Shown here: piece by piece, positions 40,929 to 49,693 of the stretch
How the letters are laid out: every line of letters begins with the position of its first letter
Position numbering within the stretch: position 1 is the first letter of the stretch
From: Candidatus Oleihabitans oleiphilus
GTDB lineage: Bacteria; Atribacterota; Phoenicimicrobiia; Phoenicimicrobiales; Stramentimicrobiaceae
Assembly (NCBI GenBank): GCA_018054125.1
Contig: JAGPKD010000001.1
Coordinates: 27,147-91,146 of the forward strand
DNA: 64,000 nucleotides
Direction of reading: 5' to 3'
The notes under the pieces: model-generated
Seen by the model: only the letters and a program-made list of their open reading frames with translations
The model's database searches: none
Told to the model about the DNA's origin: nothing
Translations under genes and position numbers: made by a program

Positions 40929-43900
40929 GTAATTCAGGGGTTTCAGGGGAATTTCCCCTGACCGTTGGAATTTCAACTGAAACCGTTTCCGCCAGCATTA
41001 ATCCTCTGCCAGGAATTACTCTTAACAACTTTTCTTTAAGATAATTATCAGATAAATCAGCTAAATCAGATAAACCCGAATTATGGTTATTTTTATCCTG
41101 CTCCTGCATAATTTTCTGCATACTTTTTCTCAGTTTTCCGAGATGATACCAGAGACGATGGTAGGTGGCATCCTCATCATCTGGCCAGAGAGTATCGATA
41201 AGCTGCTCATAGGGTATTACCTTCCCCTTATTTTGAGCCAGAAAAAGAATCAATTGATAGCCTATTTTGTTTACTGCTATCTCTTTACCCAGAAAGAGAA
41301 TCTGATCAGGTCGATGAGGGTTAATGGTTATTACTGCCTTTATTTCGTTTTTTATTTCACCTTTTGTTTCACCTTTTATTTCGCTTTTTAAAGGCAGTGG
41401 GAAATTTTTGTTCAGCTGTGCTTCAGGGTTTTGATTATGTTTATAATCTGAAAGGAGATTTGATTTGTTTAATTTATTTCTATGTATCTTATTATTTTTA
41501 TTACTATTTATATTATTTTTATTACTCTTGCTATAGGAGCTTGAATTAAGCCACTCCTTTATTTTCTTAATCAATAAATCAGGCAGTAATGGTTGCAGCT
41601 GTTTTTCCGATAATTCCCTGAGGCATTGTTCATCCTGGTATCCTTCCTGCACCAGTCTCTGGAGGTAGCCTCGACTCAAGCCAGGGATATGCAATTTTGC
41701 CAGTGGGAGGCCGGCCGGTTCAACACCAGCAATTAATCTGGCGGAAAGTTGTTGAATTTTTTCTAAATCCCCAGCTCTATCTTCTCTCCAGCCGACCCCA
41801 ATAGCAAGAGCGGCTAAGGCATCGGCCAGCCAGGAAAATCCCTCCCCCATTTTCTGAATAGCTCCTCCCAAAAGGCCATAATCTTGCTCTATTTCTTTTA
41901 ATTCCCTGCCAGTAATCCAGTCATACATGAGGAGGGTATTTTTTAGAGCTAGATACTTTTTTAGTTCATTTTTGGATGGTGCCTCTTTTAGTTCAGAGGG
42001 ATTGCTATTGATATTATTGATATTTAAATTATTCTGAAAAATTAGTTTATCCTCTTCCTGCTGTTCAAAAATTAGGTTCAACATACGCAGGCGTAAAAAT
42101 TCTTTCCATTTATGGGTGAGGGACTTTTTATTTTTAATCACTCTGCTTTCCCTTCCTGGATAATCAGTAAAAAATTCTTCCCCATCACTGCTGGTAGCAA
42201 TTAAGAAGAGAATTTCCAGTTCACTGCTATTTTCTTTCTGACTCTCCTTAATCCATTTTAAAAAATGGAGATAGGTTGGAAAAGAGATGCCTTTGGAGGT
42301 TACCAATCGTCCCATTTCGGTAAGCTGGCAGTATTTTCCCTCCTGGATAGTGATAAGTTGTTCACTTTCCAGCTGTTGGAGATAAGCCAGAAGCTCTGCT
42401 TCGCTATAGGTCTGGCTGAATTGATGATGCCAGAAAGTTTGTTTTTTGGTGTCGTTACCTGTTTTTAACAGCTGACAGATATCCTGGAAAGAATCACAGT
42501 CCAGGGCAATACGGTATAACAGAAAGGTCAATATATCTTTTTGGACGATAATGGGTCTTTCTTTCCAGATTTCCAGAAGAGCAGGACCAGGACTAACGGT
42601 GGTAACATTAGTAAGAGCAGCAATATCCTTTTTGGTATATGGTGTTGAAGTTTGGTCCTCATTAAGGGTATTTTCCGAAATTGGAACATCTTTCACATAA
42701 TGCCTTATTGGCTTTTCTTTTTGTTTTTCTTGCTGTTGCTGAAGAGCAGGATAAAAATAGCAAGGCAACCATGTTTCCCCATCTTTAGAGTAGTCCGGGA
42801 AATAGAGCTTCTGATAAGCAGTTAGCTCAATAAGGGAAGGAGCCAGAAAGATAATTCTACCAAAGGAACAAGCAGGATTAAGTCGACCAGCTCGTCCACC
42901 CATATTTTCTACTTCAGAAAAAGTGAGCATACTCTGGTAATAATTTGTCATATATCTATCGTATCTATTATGTTTATCGCTTTTTTGCCCGGAGACAATT
43001 TTTTGTCCGGTTAGAATAACATTGTTTACCGGTAAATTAACTCCCATAGCCAGAGTACCGGTGGCACATACGATTTTCAGTTCACCAATGCGCACTGCTT
43101 CTTCAATAATATGTCGTTCTGGCCAGGAAAGATCGGCACAGTGATAAGCAATTCCCTTCTGGAGAAGATTTATGAGCTCCTCCTTGGAGGTGGAATCCTC
43201 TATTATTAGCATCTGCTCCATAGCTCTTTGGGCGGGATTCAGGGTAAACTGGCTTGCCAGCCAGCTACTCCATAAACGCACTTCTTTCTTGGTGGAAAAG
43301 AAGATCAGGTTTGATTCCTGTTGTTCAATGAGAAATTGCAAGGTAGCTTTAAGATAGCTGGCTAAATTACATTCCTGAACATCTTCTGGAGGAAAGAAAA
43401 ATTCTTTGCCTGTTATTTTGCTATTATGTTCTACATAATGATAAATTCCTTCCCGAACAATTCCCTTGCGTAGCTCTACTGGTCGATAGGAAGACCAGAG
43501 TAGTTTAGCATCAAGCCAGGTAGCCAGTGCTAAGATATGTTCAGTAAGTGCGGAAAGGGCAATAATCCGAATAGCAGGATAGTTAGCTTTAAGATAATTA
43601 AAATTGCTTTCTAAACGTGGCCCGCGTTGGGAGTCATTGATTAACTGAATCTCATCAGCCACAATTAAGGAAACATTATGAAGGCATTGCGGATACTGGA
43701 GAAGAAAATAGTAGAATTTTTCGTAGACCAGAATGGCAATATGAAAATTGCCCTGCCTGATATCCTGGTCATCATGACGGTGATCACGAGAAGAAAGTTT
43801 GATTTTTAAACCGAGTGAGCGGTAAAGATGAACAAAATGCTGATATTTTTCTTCTGCTAAAATTCGCAAGGGGACTAAGTATATTACTTTGTTATGGAAA

Positions 43901-44211
43901 GATATTTCCTGCAGAGCAGCCATTTCACCTACCAAAGTCTTACCTGAAGAGCTGGGAGAGACAACTAAAAGATTTTCTGGCTTTTCTCGGGATAGGGGAG
44001 TTGCTTCATATAGATTAGCTTCATATAGATTAGAAAAAAAATTAGGATGAGAAGAGCGGAGAAGATTAAACTGGCGTACTGCCTTTTCTTGCACTGGCAG
44101 AAGGAAGTCAGAGTAATGCTCCTTCCAGACCTTAATAATATAATGGGGAATACCAAAGTATTCCAGTTGCTCCATCTTCATATTTTCCAGCATTGTTACT
44201 AAATACCTCAA
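40918..44211 (-). CDS. Ski2/Hel308-like SF2 DNA helicase (1097 aa) with an N/K-rich low-complexity linker and a C-terminal OmpR/PhoB-type winged-helix DNA-binding domain
   Basis: Hel308-like N-terminus (LLPVQEKAV...LLVVSPSSSGKTL), DEIQ box and motif VI (MGGRAGR). The C-terminal trans_reg_C-like segment is GYQLILFLAQNKGKVIPYEQLIDTLWPDDEDATYHRLWYHLGKLRKSM. Confidence 0.75.
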   Translation of the reverse strand: MRYLVTMLENMKMEQLEYFGIPHYIIKVWKEHYSDFLLPVQEKAVRQFNLLRSSHPNFFSNLYEANLYEATPLSREKPENLLVVSPSSSGKTLVGEMAALQEISFHNKVIYLVPLRILAEEKYQHFVHLYRSLGLKIKLSSRDHRHDDQDIRQGNFHIAILVYEKFYYFLLQYPQCLHNVSLIVADEIQLINDSQRGPRLESNFNYLKANYPAIRIIALSALTEHILALATWLDAKLLWSSYRPVELRKGIVREGIYHYVEHNSKITGKEFFFPPEDVQECNLASYLKATLQFLIEQQESNLIFFSTKKEVRLWSSWLASQFTLNPAQRAMEQMLIIEDSTSKEELINLLQKGIAYHCADLSWPERHIIEEAVRIGELKIVCATGTLAMGVNLPVNNVILTGQKIVSGQKSDKHNRYDRYMTNYYQSMLTFSEVENMGGRAGRLNPACSFGRIIFLAPSLIELTAYQKLYFPDYSKDGETWLPCYFYPALQQQQEKQKEKPIRHYVKDVPISENTLNEDQTSTPYTKKDIAALTNVTTVSPGPALLEIWKERPIIVQKDILTFLLYRIALDCDSFQDICQLLKTGNDTKKQTFWHHQFSQTYSEAELLAYLQQLESEQLITIQEGKYCQLTEMGRLVTSKGISFPTYLHFLKWIKESQKENSSELEILFLIATSSDGEEFFTDYPGRESRVIKNKKSLTHKWKEFLRLRMLNLIFEQQEEDKLIFQNNLNINNINSNPSELKEAPSKNELKKYLALKNTLLMYDWITGRELKEIEQDYGLLGGAIQKMGEGFSWLADALAALAIGVGWREDRAGDLEKIQQLSARLIAGVEPAGLPLAKLHIPGLSRGYLQRLVQEGYQDEQCLRELSEKQLQPLLPDLLIKKIKEWLNSSSYSKSNKNNINSNKNNKIHRNKLNKSNLLSDYKHNQNPEAQLNKNFPLPLKSEIKGETKGEIKNEIKAVITINPHRPDQILFLGKEIAVNKIGYQLILFLAQNKGKVIPYEQLIDTLWPDDEDATYHRLWYHLGKLRKSMQKIMQEQDKNNHNSGLSDLADLSDNYLKEKLLRVIPGRGLMLAETVSVEIPTVRGNSPETPELPLR
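40933..40962 (+). repeat. family B hairpin overlapping the 3' end of the large helicase ORF
   Basis: ttcaggggtttcaggggaatttcccctga. Confidence 0.7.
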
Positions 44212-44270
44212 TCTAAAATTTATGGTATCCTTATTATTTAATTGTTTTCCCCTAAAATTTTCCTTTTCCT

Positions 44271-44322
44271 TTCCTCTCCCTCGAAGGGAGAGGGTTAGTG
44301 TGAGGGTGATATAATATTACCA
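44271..44322. repeat. family C unit immediately 5' of the large helicase gene
   Basis: cctctccctcgaagggagagggttagtgtgagggtgatataatattacc. Confidence 0.8.
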
Positions 44323-44401
44323 TTTCTTAATAAAAGTAAACATATGTTTGCTTATTATAAACTATTTAAATAAAAAAATCAAAAAAATTTTTAAAAACCT
44401 G

Positions 44402-44545
44402 TTGACAATATCTTTTTTCATGTTAAAATAGAAAAAGTTTGAAAATCGAAAAAGCGAACCAACCAACCAACAAATAACTTTTTCATTTTTAGACCTCCTA
44501 ACTAAAGAAAATGCCACCCCAAAAGGGTGGCTTTTTCTTTTTCGT
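44402..44545 (+). ncRNA. candidate small RNA: sigma70-like promoter (ttgaca ... tgttaaaat) followed ~90 nt later by an intrinsic terminator
   Basis: -35 ttgaca at 44402 and an extended -10 tgttaaaat. Terminator gccacccc-aaaag-ggtggc plus tttttcttttt at 44513-44545. No ORF is present. Confidence 0.25.
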
Positions 44546-44587
44546 TTTTAGTAAATGTTTTTTCATTTTTAGCTTCTTCGTTATTTT

Positions 44588-44620
44588 AAGGTATCGGAAT
44601 TTCAATAATTCCAATACCTT
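44588..44620. repeat. family D palindrome
   Basis: aaggtatcggaatttcaataattccaatacctt. Confidence 0.8.
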
Positions 44621-44686
44621 CCCCAGCATCCTGACCAGCATTATTTGCTTTCTGATTTATTGCCTTTATTTATTCCCATCTCTCTA

Positions 44687-44727
44687 ATCCTCTCCCTTAG
44701 AAGGGAGAGGTAAGGTGAGGGTGATGA
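44687..44727. repeat. family C unit
   Basis: cctctcccttagaagggagaggtaaggtgagggtgatga. Confidence 0.8.
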
Positions 44728-44763
44728 TGAGGGGTTGCAGGGGAAACCTCCCCTGAATATCTT
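44728..44763 (+). repeat. family B hairpin
   Basis: gaggggttgcaggggaaacctcccctgaatatcttg. Confidence 0.8.
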
Positions 44764-44857
44764 GCTCCTCTTTGAGATATTGATCTTCTTTTTATTGTTA
44801 TTATTAGGTGGTAAAAAAGTAACTACCCCTACTGTAAAAAAGTAGAACAGGGGACGG

Positions 44858-45017
44858 CAGACTGTGTGAAAACTAATTCTGAAAATTACTTGCCTCCACT
44901 TACACCAATTATTAATTTCATAATTGGGAATAGGTATATAAAAATAGGGTAAAATATAACATTATCCTCCACTTCAACATTATATTTTGCCAAAAAGGCG
45001 ACTTTTCACACAGCCTG
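44858..45017. mobile_element. MITE-like 160-bp insertion with ~16-bp terminal inverted repeats inside a family F hairpin repeat
   Basis: TIRs cagactgtgtgaaaa / ttttcacacagcctg, flanked by duplicated gacgg. The intact F unit elsewhere reads gggacggttctctg without the insert. Confidence 0.5.
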
Positions 45018-45130
45018 ACGGTTCTCTGTTTCATTAAAATAGAATACCTGAGGCAGAGAACCGTCAGAGGTAGAGAAAAGAGATAGGGCAAAGAAAAGGG
45101 AAGAGGCTACTTTTCTTATTGACAGGATTT

Positions 45131-45290
45131 ATGCGGGTATAAGTGGATGAGATTGCCACGCCCTGCTTTCAGCAGGGCTCACAATGACCACCCCCTCTTT
45201 TGTCACTGCGAGGAGCGAAGCGACGAAGCAGTCTCCTTCAATTACACCAGCCGCATTAATTTAATATTCATTTCGCGCGGAGGAAAAAAG
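45131..45290 (-). repeat. inverted, rearranged family A left-arm fragment
   Basis: gtcactgcgaggagcgaagcgacgaagcagtctcc is the reverse complement of the A left arm. It is shared with 48486..48612. Confidence 0.5.
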
Positions 45291-45439
45291 GGGAGAGAAG
45301 AATAATCTTACGGAATTACCCACATTAAAAAGGTATAAATCCCCTGCCAGGCTAAAATAAATATCGTAGACCCTGCTTAAGAGAGCAAGGGACAACAAAG
45401 TCCATTTTGCAAATATTCTAAACCTAAAGTCTTATGTCG

Positions 45440-45886
45440 TTAGCGGGAGGATTTGTGCAAATCTTTGGTAAGTTCCTGAGCCTTTTTAAAAAAATCTCTA
45501 GCCGCTTTTAAAGCGAAACTAGCTCCTTCTTCCGACCATCGGTCATAATAATCGGCGTCCTCTCTTAGTCTTTTACTTTTTCCCAGAGCTTCTATTAAGC
45601 TGCCTGGGAGCAACCTGGTCTCTACATAAAGAGCCCGTATAGCCACAATAAGACAATGGTGGCTGTGCTCTCGGTAGTTCTTGGCAAACAAAAGGGCTCT
45701 GGCGGAATGGAACATAGAGTAATAGGCCTGGATAGTGGCCCATTTGTAATCTTTATCCTCAAAAGTTTTTTCCGCCCTTTCCAGGTCCCGCTGAGCTGTC
45801 CCCAGGGTTTTGGACAAGAGGGCTTTCCCCCGCGGGAATTCCCTTATTTTATTTTTCTTTAAACATTGCTCAAATTCTGGATTCAT
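45440..45886 (-). CDS. HEPN-domain protein (toxin of a HEPN/MNT module)
   Basis: R-x4-H motif (YREHSHH) in a ~148-aa helical protein. It overlaps the upstream nucleotidyltransferase gene. Confidence 0.6.
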   Translation of the reverse strand: MNPEFEQCLKKNKIREFPRGKALLSKTLGTAQRDLERAEKTFEDKDYKWATIQAYYSMFHSARALLFAKNYREHSHHCLIVAIRALYVETRLLPGSLIEALGKSKRLREDADYYDRWSEEGASFALKAARDFFKKAQELTKDLHKSSR

Positions 45887-46427
45887 CTTTAGACTCCCAT
45901 AGGGTTATGCCGTGTTCTATCTCTTCAAAAAATATTGATTCTTCCTTTTCCATCTGGATAAACTGGGTCGAGTTGCGAATAATTGGTTGAAGTTTTTTTC
46001 TGAGGTCGCTTTTCTCTATCTTCTCTTCAATGGCCTTTGGACTATCGGCTAGGATAAAAAGGTCTATATCACTACTGTCTATATCTTCCCCCCGGGCACA
46101 ACTGCCAAACAGGACTATTTTCTTAGAGAGTGGTTTCAATTTATTTACCAGGGGCTGTAAGAGTACAGTAGTCTTGAGGACCTTCAATTGCTTAATAACG
46201 GGATTGTGATAATCAACCGAATAAAGATAGATCTTGGCCTTCTTTTCCCGCAGGACGAGCTTTTCTTTAGCAAGTTTACGAAGAGAGAGATTAACTCCCG
46301 CTCGGCTAATTCTAGTGGCTTTTTCGATTTCCTTAGCCAGAAATTGCTTACCCGGGCTTTGGATAAGAAAGTTTAAGACCTTCTGGGCATTAGTTGATAT
46401 AAGGCTATTGTTCATATAAGGCTCCAT
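45870..46427 (-). CDS. minimal nucleotidyltransferase (MNT) with an N-terminal wHTH, antitoxin-like partner of HEPN
   Basis: GSCARGEDIDSSDIDLFI nucleotidyltransferase signature with an N-terminal winged-helix. Confidence 0.7.
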   Translation of the reverse strand: MEPYMNNSLISTNAQKVLNFLIQSPGKQFLAKEIEKATRISRAGVNLSLRKLAKEKLVLREKKAKIYLYSVDYHNPVIKQLKVLKTTVLLQPLVNKLKPLSKKIVLFGSCARGEDIDSSDIDLFILADSPKAIEEKIEKSDLRKKLQPIIRNSTQFIQMEKEESIFFEEIEHGITLWESKDESRI

Positions 46428-46519
46428 TATATTCTCTAAAAAATTAGATGTACATCTAAAATAATATACGATAATATTATACGATTATCTAATAAATGTC
46501 AAAGAGGCGAATCCTTCTT

Positions 46520-46596
46520 TAGAACAGTATAGAACAGGGGATGATTCTCTGTTTCATAAAATAAAATATCTGAAGTAGGGAACTGTCAGAAGTAGA
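46520..46596. repeat. family F hairpin (gacggttctctg-loop-cagagaaccgtc type), copy in duplicated segment 1
   Basis: aacaggggatgattctctgtttcataaaataaaatatctgaagtagggaactgtcagaagtagagaaaag. Confidence 0.7.
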
Positions 46597-46632
46597 GAAA
46601 AGATGGTGGGGCTCACCATGACTAACCTTACT

Positions 46633-46694
46633 CCCCCCTCACCCTAACCCTCTCCCTCGAAGGGAGAGGGGAGGGAGAGGGTGATAAATTATTT
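46633..46694. repeat. family C unit within duplicated segment copy 1
   Basis: cccctcaccctaaccctctccctcgaagggagaggggagggagagggtgataaattatt. Confidence 0.8.
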
Positions 46695-46762
46695 TCTCAT
46701 GATCTCTAGGGCACTGTATCCAAATTCTACAAAGAGCAAAACAGGAAGGAAGACGGATTAAT

Positions 46763-46972
46763 CTAATCTTGTTTCCTTTGCTCTTTTATCTTTTTTACGA
46801 TACTTTCTACCTCTTCTCCTTGCAGAATAAATTCTCTTTCTTTAGTATAGTCTCCATATCCCAGTTCATATTGCTCGAAGAAACGGATCATACCTACCGG
46901 TCCTAATTCTTTGGTTATAGCTGCTATGCCCAGTTTTCTTATAGCTGTGGGGGTTAATTTTTTAGTATTCAT
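46763..46972 (-). CDS. hypothetical 69-aa protein, copy 1 of an exactly duplicated gene
   Basis: ORF identical at protein level to 49694..49903. Family not recognised. Confidence 0.4.
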   Translation of the reverse strand: MNTKKLTPTAIRKLGIAAITKELGPVGMIRFFEQYELGYGDYTKEREFILQGEEVESIVKKIKEQRKQD

Positions 46973-47199
46973 TCGCTATCACCTCCCATACCCATTCCAT
47001 AGGAGAATTTACTTTTACCTTCAGCATACCTCTAAATAAATTTTATACTTCTACTCTTTCCATCACAATACCTGTCACGTTTATATTTCAAAAAATTGAC
47101 TTATAATATATCTTAGTCTATAATATAAACAACATACCTGCCACGCCTCTCAACGATGCGCACCCTGGCGGGTTTTTCTTTTTAATAAGAGTAGGTTAT

Positions 47200-48078
47200 A
47201 TGAAATATTCCAAGCCACCGACAACATTCCAGGAACAAATCGATATTCTAATAAAACGTGGTTTAAATGTTGAAGATCCTGAAAAGGCTTTATTAAATAT
47301 AAGTATAATAAACTATTATAGATTAAGTTCTTATTTCCCTCCCTTTCAACTCAATGATCATCAGTTTAAAGAGAATACTTCAATTGATAGCATTTTTGAA
47401 TTATATGATTTTGATAAAAAATTAAGAGCTCTTATCTTTAGAGCCCTGGAAAATGTTGAGATTACTTTACGTACCAAAATAGCCTATTATTTCTCTCATA
47501 CCTATAGTCCATCTGCTTACTGTGATCCTTGTAATTTCTCTCCAGGTTTTAATCATGCAGATTGGCTTGCTAAACTAGAAGAAAGTATAAATAGAACTCA
47601 TGAGGATTATGTAAAAGAATTTTTTAAGGAATATGATGAAGAAAAAGTTCTTCCTATTTGGATAGTTATTGAGATAATATCATTTGGCCAGCTTTCCGTT
47701 ATGCTTAGAGGCTTGAAAAGATCTGACCGAAAACGTATTGCAGAAGATTGTTTTGGAATTGATGAAGCAAGACTTTATTCCTGGGTGCATACCTTAGTAT
47801 ATATTAGAAATTTATGTGCTCATTACAGCCGTATATGGAATAGAACATTAGCCATAAAGCCTATGATTACAAAAAGATTGCCTGAATGGAAAGATATTTC
47901 AAATCATAAAATATTCTGTGTTTTTCTGATATTTAAAAAGCTTATGATTATACCAGAACAGTGGGAAGCCTGGAGAAATGATTTAATTAGCCTTTTAGAA
48001 GAATATAAAAATATTAATACAAAAATGATGGGCTTCCCGGATGATTGGCAAGAAAGACTTAATAGCCATAAAATATAG
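47200..48078 (+). CDS. Abi_2 (AbiD/AbiF-like) abortive-infection protein
   Basis: N-terminus FQEQIDILIKRGLNVEDPEKALLNISIINYYRLSSYFPPF matches the Abi_2 family signature. Confidence 0.75.
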   Translation: MKYSKPPTTFQEQIDILIKRGLNVEDPEKALLNISIINYYRLSSYFPPFQLNDHQFKENTSIDSIFELYDFDKKLRALIFRALENVEITLRTKIAYYFSHTYSPSAYCDPCNFSPGFNHADWLAKLEESINRTHEDYVKEFFKEYDEEKVLPIWIVIEIISFGQLSVMLRGLKRSDRKRIAEDCFGIDEARLYSWVHTLVYIRNLCAHYSRIWNRTLAIKPMITKRLPEWKDISNHKIFCVFLIFKKLMIIPEQWEAWRNDLISLLEEYKNINTKMMGFPDDWQERLNSHKI

Positions 48079-48087
48079 ATATTTTTT

Positions 48088-48180
48088 ATTTGACAGGTCA
48101 ACTTCGCCACTTTTTTTGAAATTCCTTTGGTAGTACGGCTTTACGCTACAAAAAAACATTTCACTATATCATCTTTTTTT
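48088..48180. repeat. left copy of a ~90-bp inverted-repeat pair (putative IS terminal repeat)
   Basis: About 90% identical to the reverse complement of 53398..53490. Confidence 0.7.
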
Positions 48181-48485
48181 CTATTCCTTCTAGGAAATTA
48201 TCGGTGGTAAACTCTTCATTGTCTAAGGCCTTTAAAAGAAGCCTTACTTCTTCCGGAATTTCGGTCAGTTTTAACCCTTTCCCGCTAATATTGGTTATCT
48301 CTAATTTCACTGCCCTTATTCTACTGGCCTTTTGATAGAATTCCTGAAGGTAGAATATAGATAGAACATAGAACAGGGTAAAACAGGGGAGGGAGAGAAG
48401 ATAAATTATCTCTTCATCCTAGGTAATAAAGAGGGCAGGCTACTTTTAGCTATCTCTGGATTTGATAACTTAATATATTTTTTAG

Positions 48486-48612
48486 TAACGACTAAATACT
48501 AACGACTAACAACTATATGGTCACTGCGAGAAGCGAAGCGACGAAGCAGTCTCCTACGATTACACCCATCGCCTTAATATTCATTTTGCGCTGGGAAAGA
48601 GAGGGGATAGTT
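48486..48612 (-). repeat. inverted family A fragment, second copy
   Basis: actaaatactaacgactaacaact...gtcactgcgagaagcgaagcgacgaagcagtctcc. Confidence 0.5.
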
Positions 48613-48713
48613 ATCGTCTAACGGTTGGCGGATAGGCAAAACCCAAGCGTAGCGAGGGGTTGGGGTAAAAGCCGAAGGCTGTAGCCCCATATCTGCTGTT
48701 ATACGCTGTGCCC

Positions 48714-48947
48714 CTATTCTCTCCTCCTACTTGCATTGAGTACGGTGATTCCTATGATTTCTCCTTTCTCGTATCTGATTATGAGATCATCATCCGTGAG
48801 CTCGGAATCATCTGCATGGCTTGGCTTCTTGAAATTGAGGTATAAAACATCGGCTTCTTTATCGTAAGAGGTCCAAATCCTTGAATACGGCACTTCCAAT
48901 AATTCAGGCACGAGATCTAATACCTTTTTTACCTCTATGGTTCCCAT
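48714..48947 (-). CDS. DUF2283-like small protein (putative antitoxin)
   Basis: 77 aa with the VLYLNF...DDLIIRYEKGEIIGITVL pattern. It overlaps the upstream DUF4258-like gene. Confidence 0.5.
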   Translation of the reverse strand: MGTIEVKKVLDLVPELLEVPYSRIWTSYDKEADVLYLNFKKPSHADDSELTDDDLIIRYEKGEIIGITVLNASRRRE

Positions 48948-49240
48948 ATCTTTCGCCTCCTTTCCAGTTTTTTCCTCCGCTTCGTTAAGAATGCGGTAAT
49001 TACAAATCCATCCTCTTTACCCAATTCTCTATAGATCACTACCATATATTTATCTTTTTCTATTTCCCTCACTGCTATGCACTCCCCAGCTTTGCCCGCA
49101 TAAATTGCCTCTGGCTCCTCCACCGCTTCGAGAACATCGAAATAATATCCTGCCATCTCCGAATGCTCTTCTGTAATAGGTAACCATCTCTCTTCGGTCA
49201 ATCTGATGGGAACATTGTTTTTGGACCTGATCACATCCAT
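48935..49240 (-). CDS. DUF4258-like small protein (putative toxin)
   Basis: 101 aa with the YFDVLEAVEEPEAIYAGKAGECIAVREI pattern, paired with DUF2283. Confidence 0.5.
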   Translation of the reverse strand: MDVIRSKNNVPIRLTEERWLPITEEHSEMAGYYFDVLEAVEEPEAIYAGKAGECIAVREIEKDKYMVVIYRELGKEDGFVITAFLTKRRKKLERRRKIWEP

Positions 49241-49437
49241 ATTCTATTTTTTCCCCTTTGTAAGTGCTAAAGTTAACAGACCTGGCAGATAACCTTAAAA
49301 TAATCGAACTACTTCGTTGACGTACAACTCAGGGTGAAGTTTTAAAATTAATTATTATTATTTCTCGTGGTGTATCTTTATAGATTCTCATGTTTATTAT
49401 AAACTAATTTTATTAATTCTACAAAATAGTTTTATAC

Positions 49438-49527
49438 ATAGAACATAGAACAGTAGAACAGGGGACGGTTCTCTGTTTCATTAAAGTAGAATACCTGAAG
49501 CAGAGAACTGTCAGAGGTATAGAAAAG
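49438..49527. repeat. family F hairpin, copy in duplicated segment 2, preceded by tagaacatagaacag tandem units
   Basis: aacaggggacggttctctgtttcattaaagtagaatacctgaagcagagaactgtcagaggtatagaaaag. Confidence 0.7.
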
Positions 49528-49567
49528 ATGGCAGGGCTCACCATGACTAACCTCATTTCCCCCTCAC

Positions 49568-49634
49568 CCTCACCCTAACCCTCTCCCTCGAGGGGAGAGG
49601 GGAGGGAGAGGGTGATAAATTATTTTCTCATAAT
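49568..49634. repeat. family C unit within duplicated segment copy 2
   Basis: ccctcaccctcaccctaaccctctccctcgaggggagaggggagggagagggtgataaattatt. Confidence 0.8.
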
Positions 49635-49693
49635 CTCTAAGGCACTGTCTCCAAAGTCTCCAAAGAGCAAAGCAGGAAGGGAGACGGATTAAT

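Noticed and set aside
38780-44211. Complete prophage
   Set aside because: Only a holin/peptidase/holin cassette is present. No integrase, terminase, portal, capsid or tail genes are present within the window.
48590-48710. Possible tRNA or other structured RNA (ggatagttatcgtctaacggttggcggataggc...ggggtaaaagccgaaggctgtagcccc)
   Set aside because: No T-arm GTTCRANYC consensus, no acceptor-stem complementarity and no anticodon-arm geometry could be found by eye. Likely part of the repeat debris, but it contains a local hairpin.
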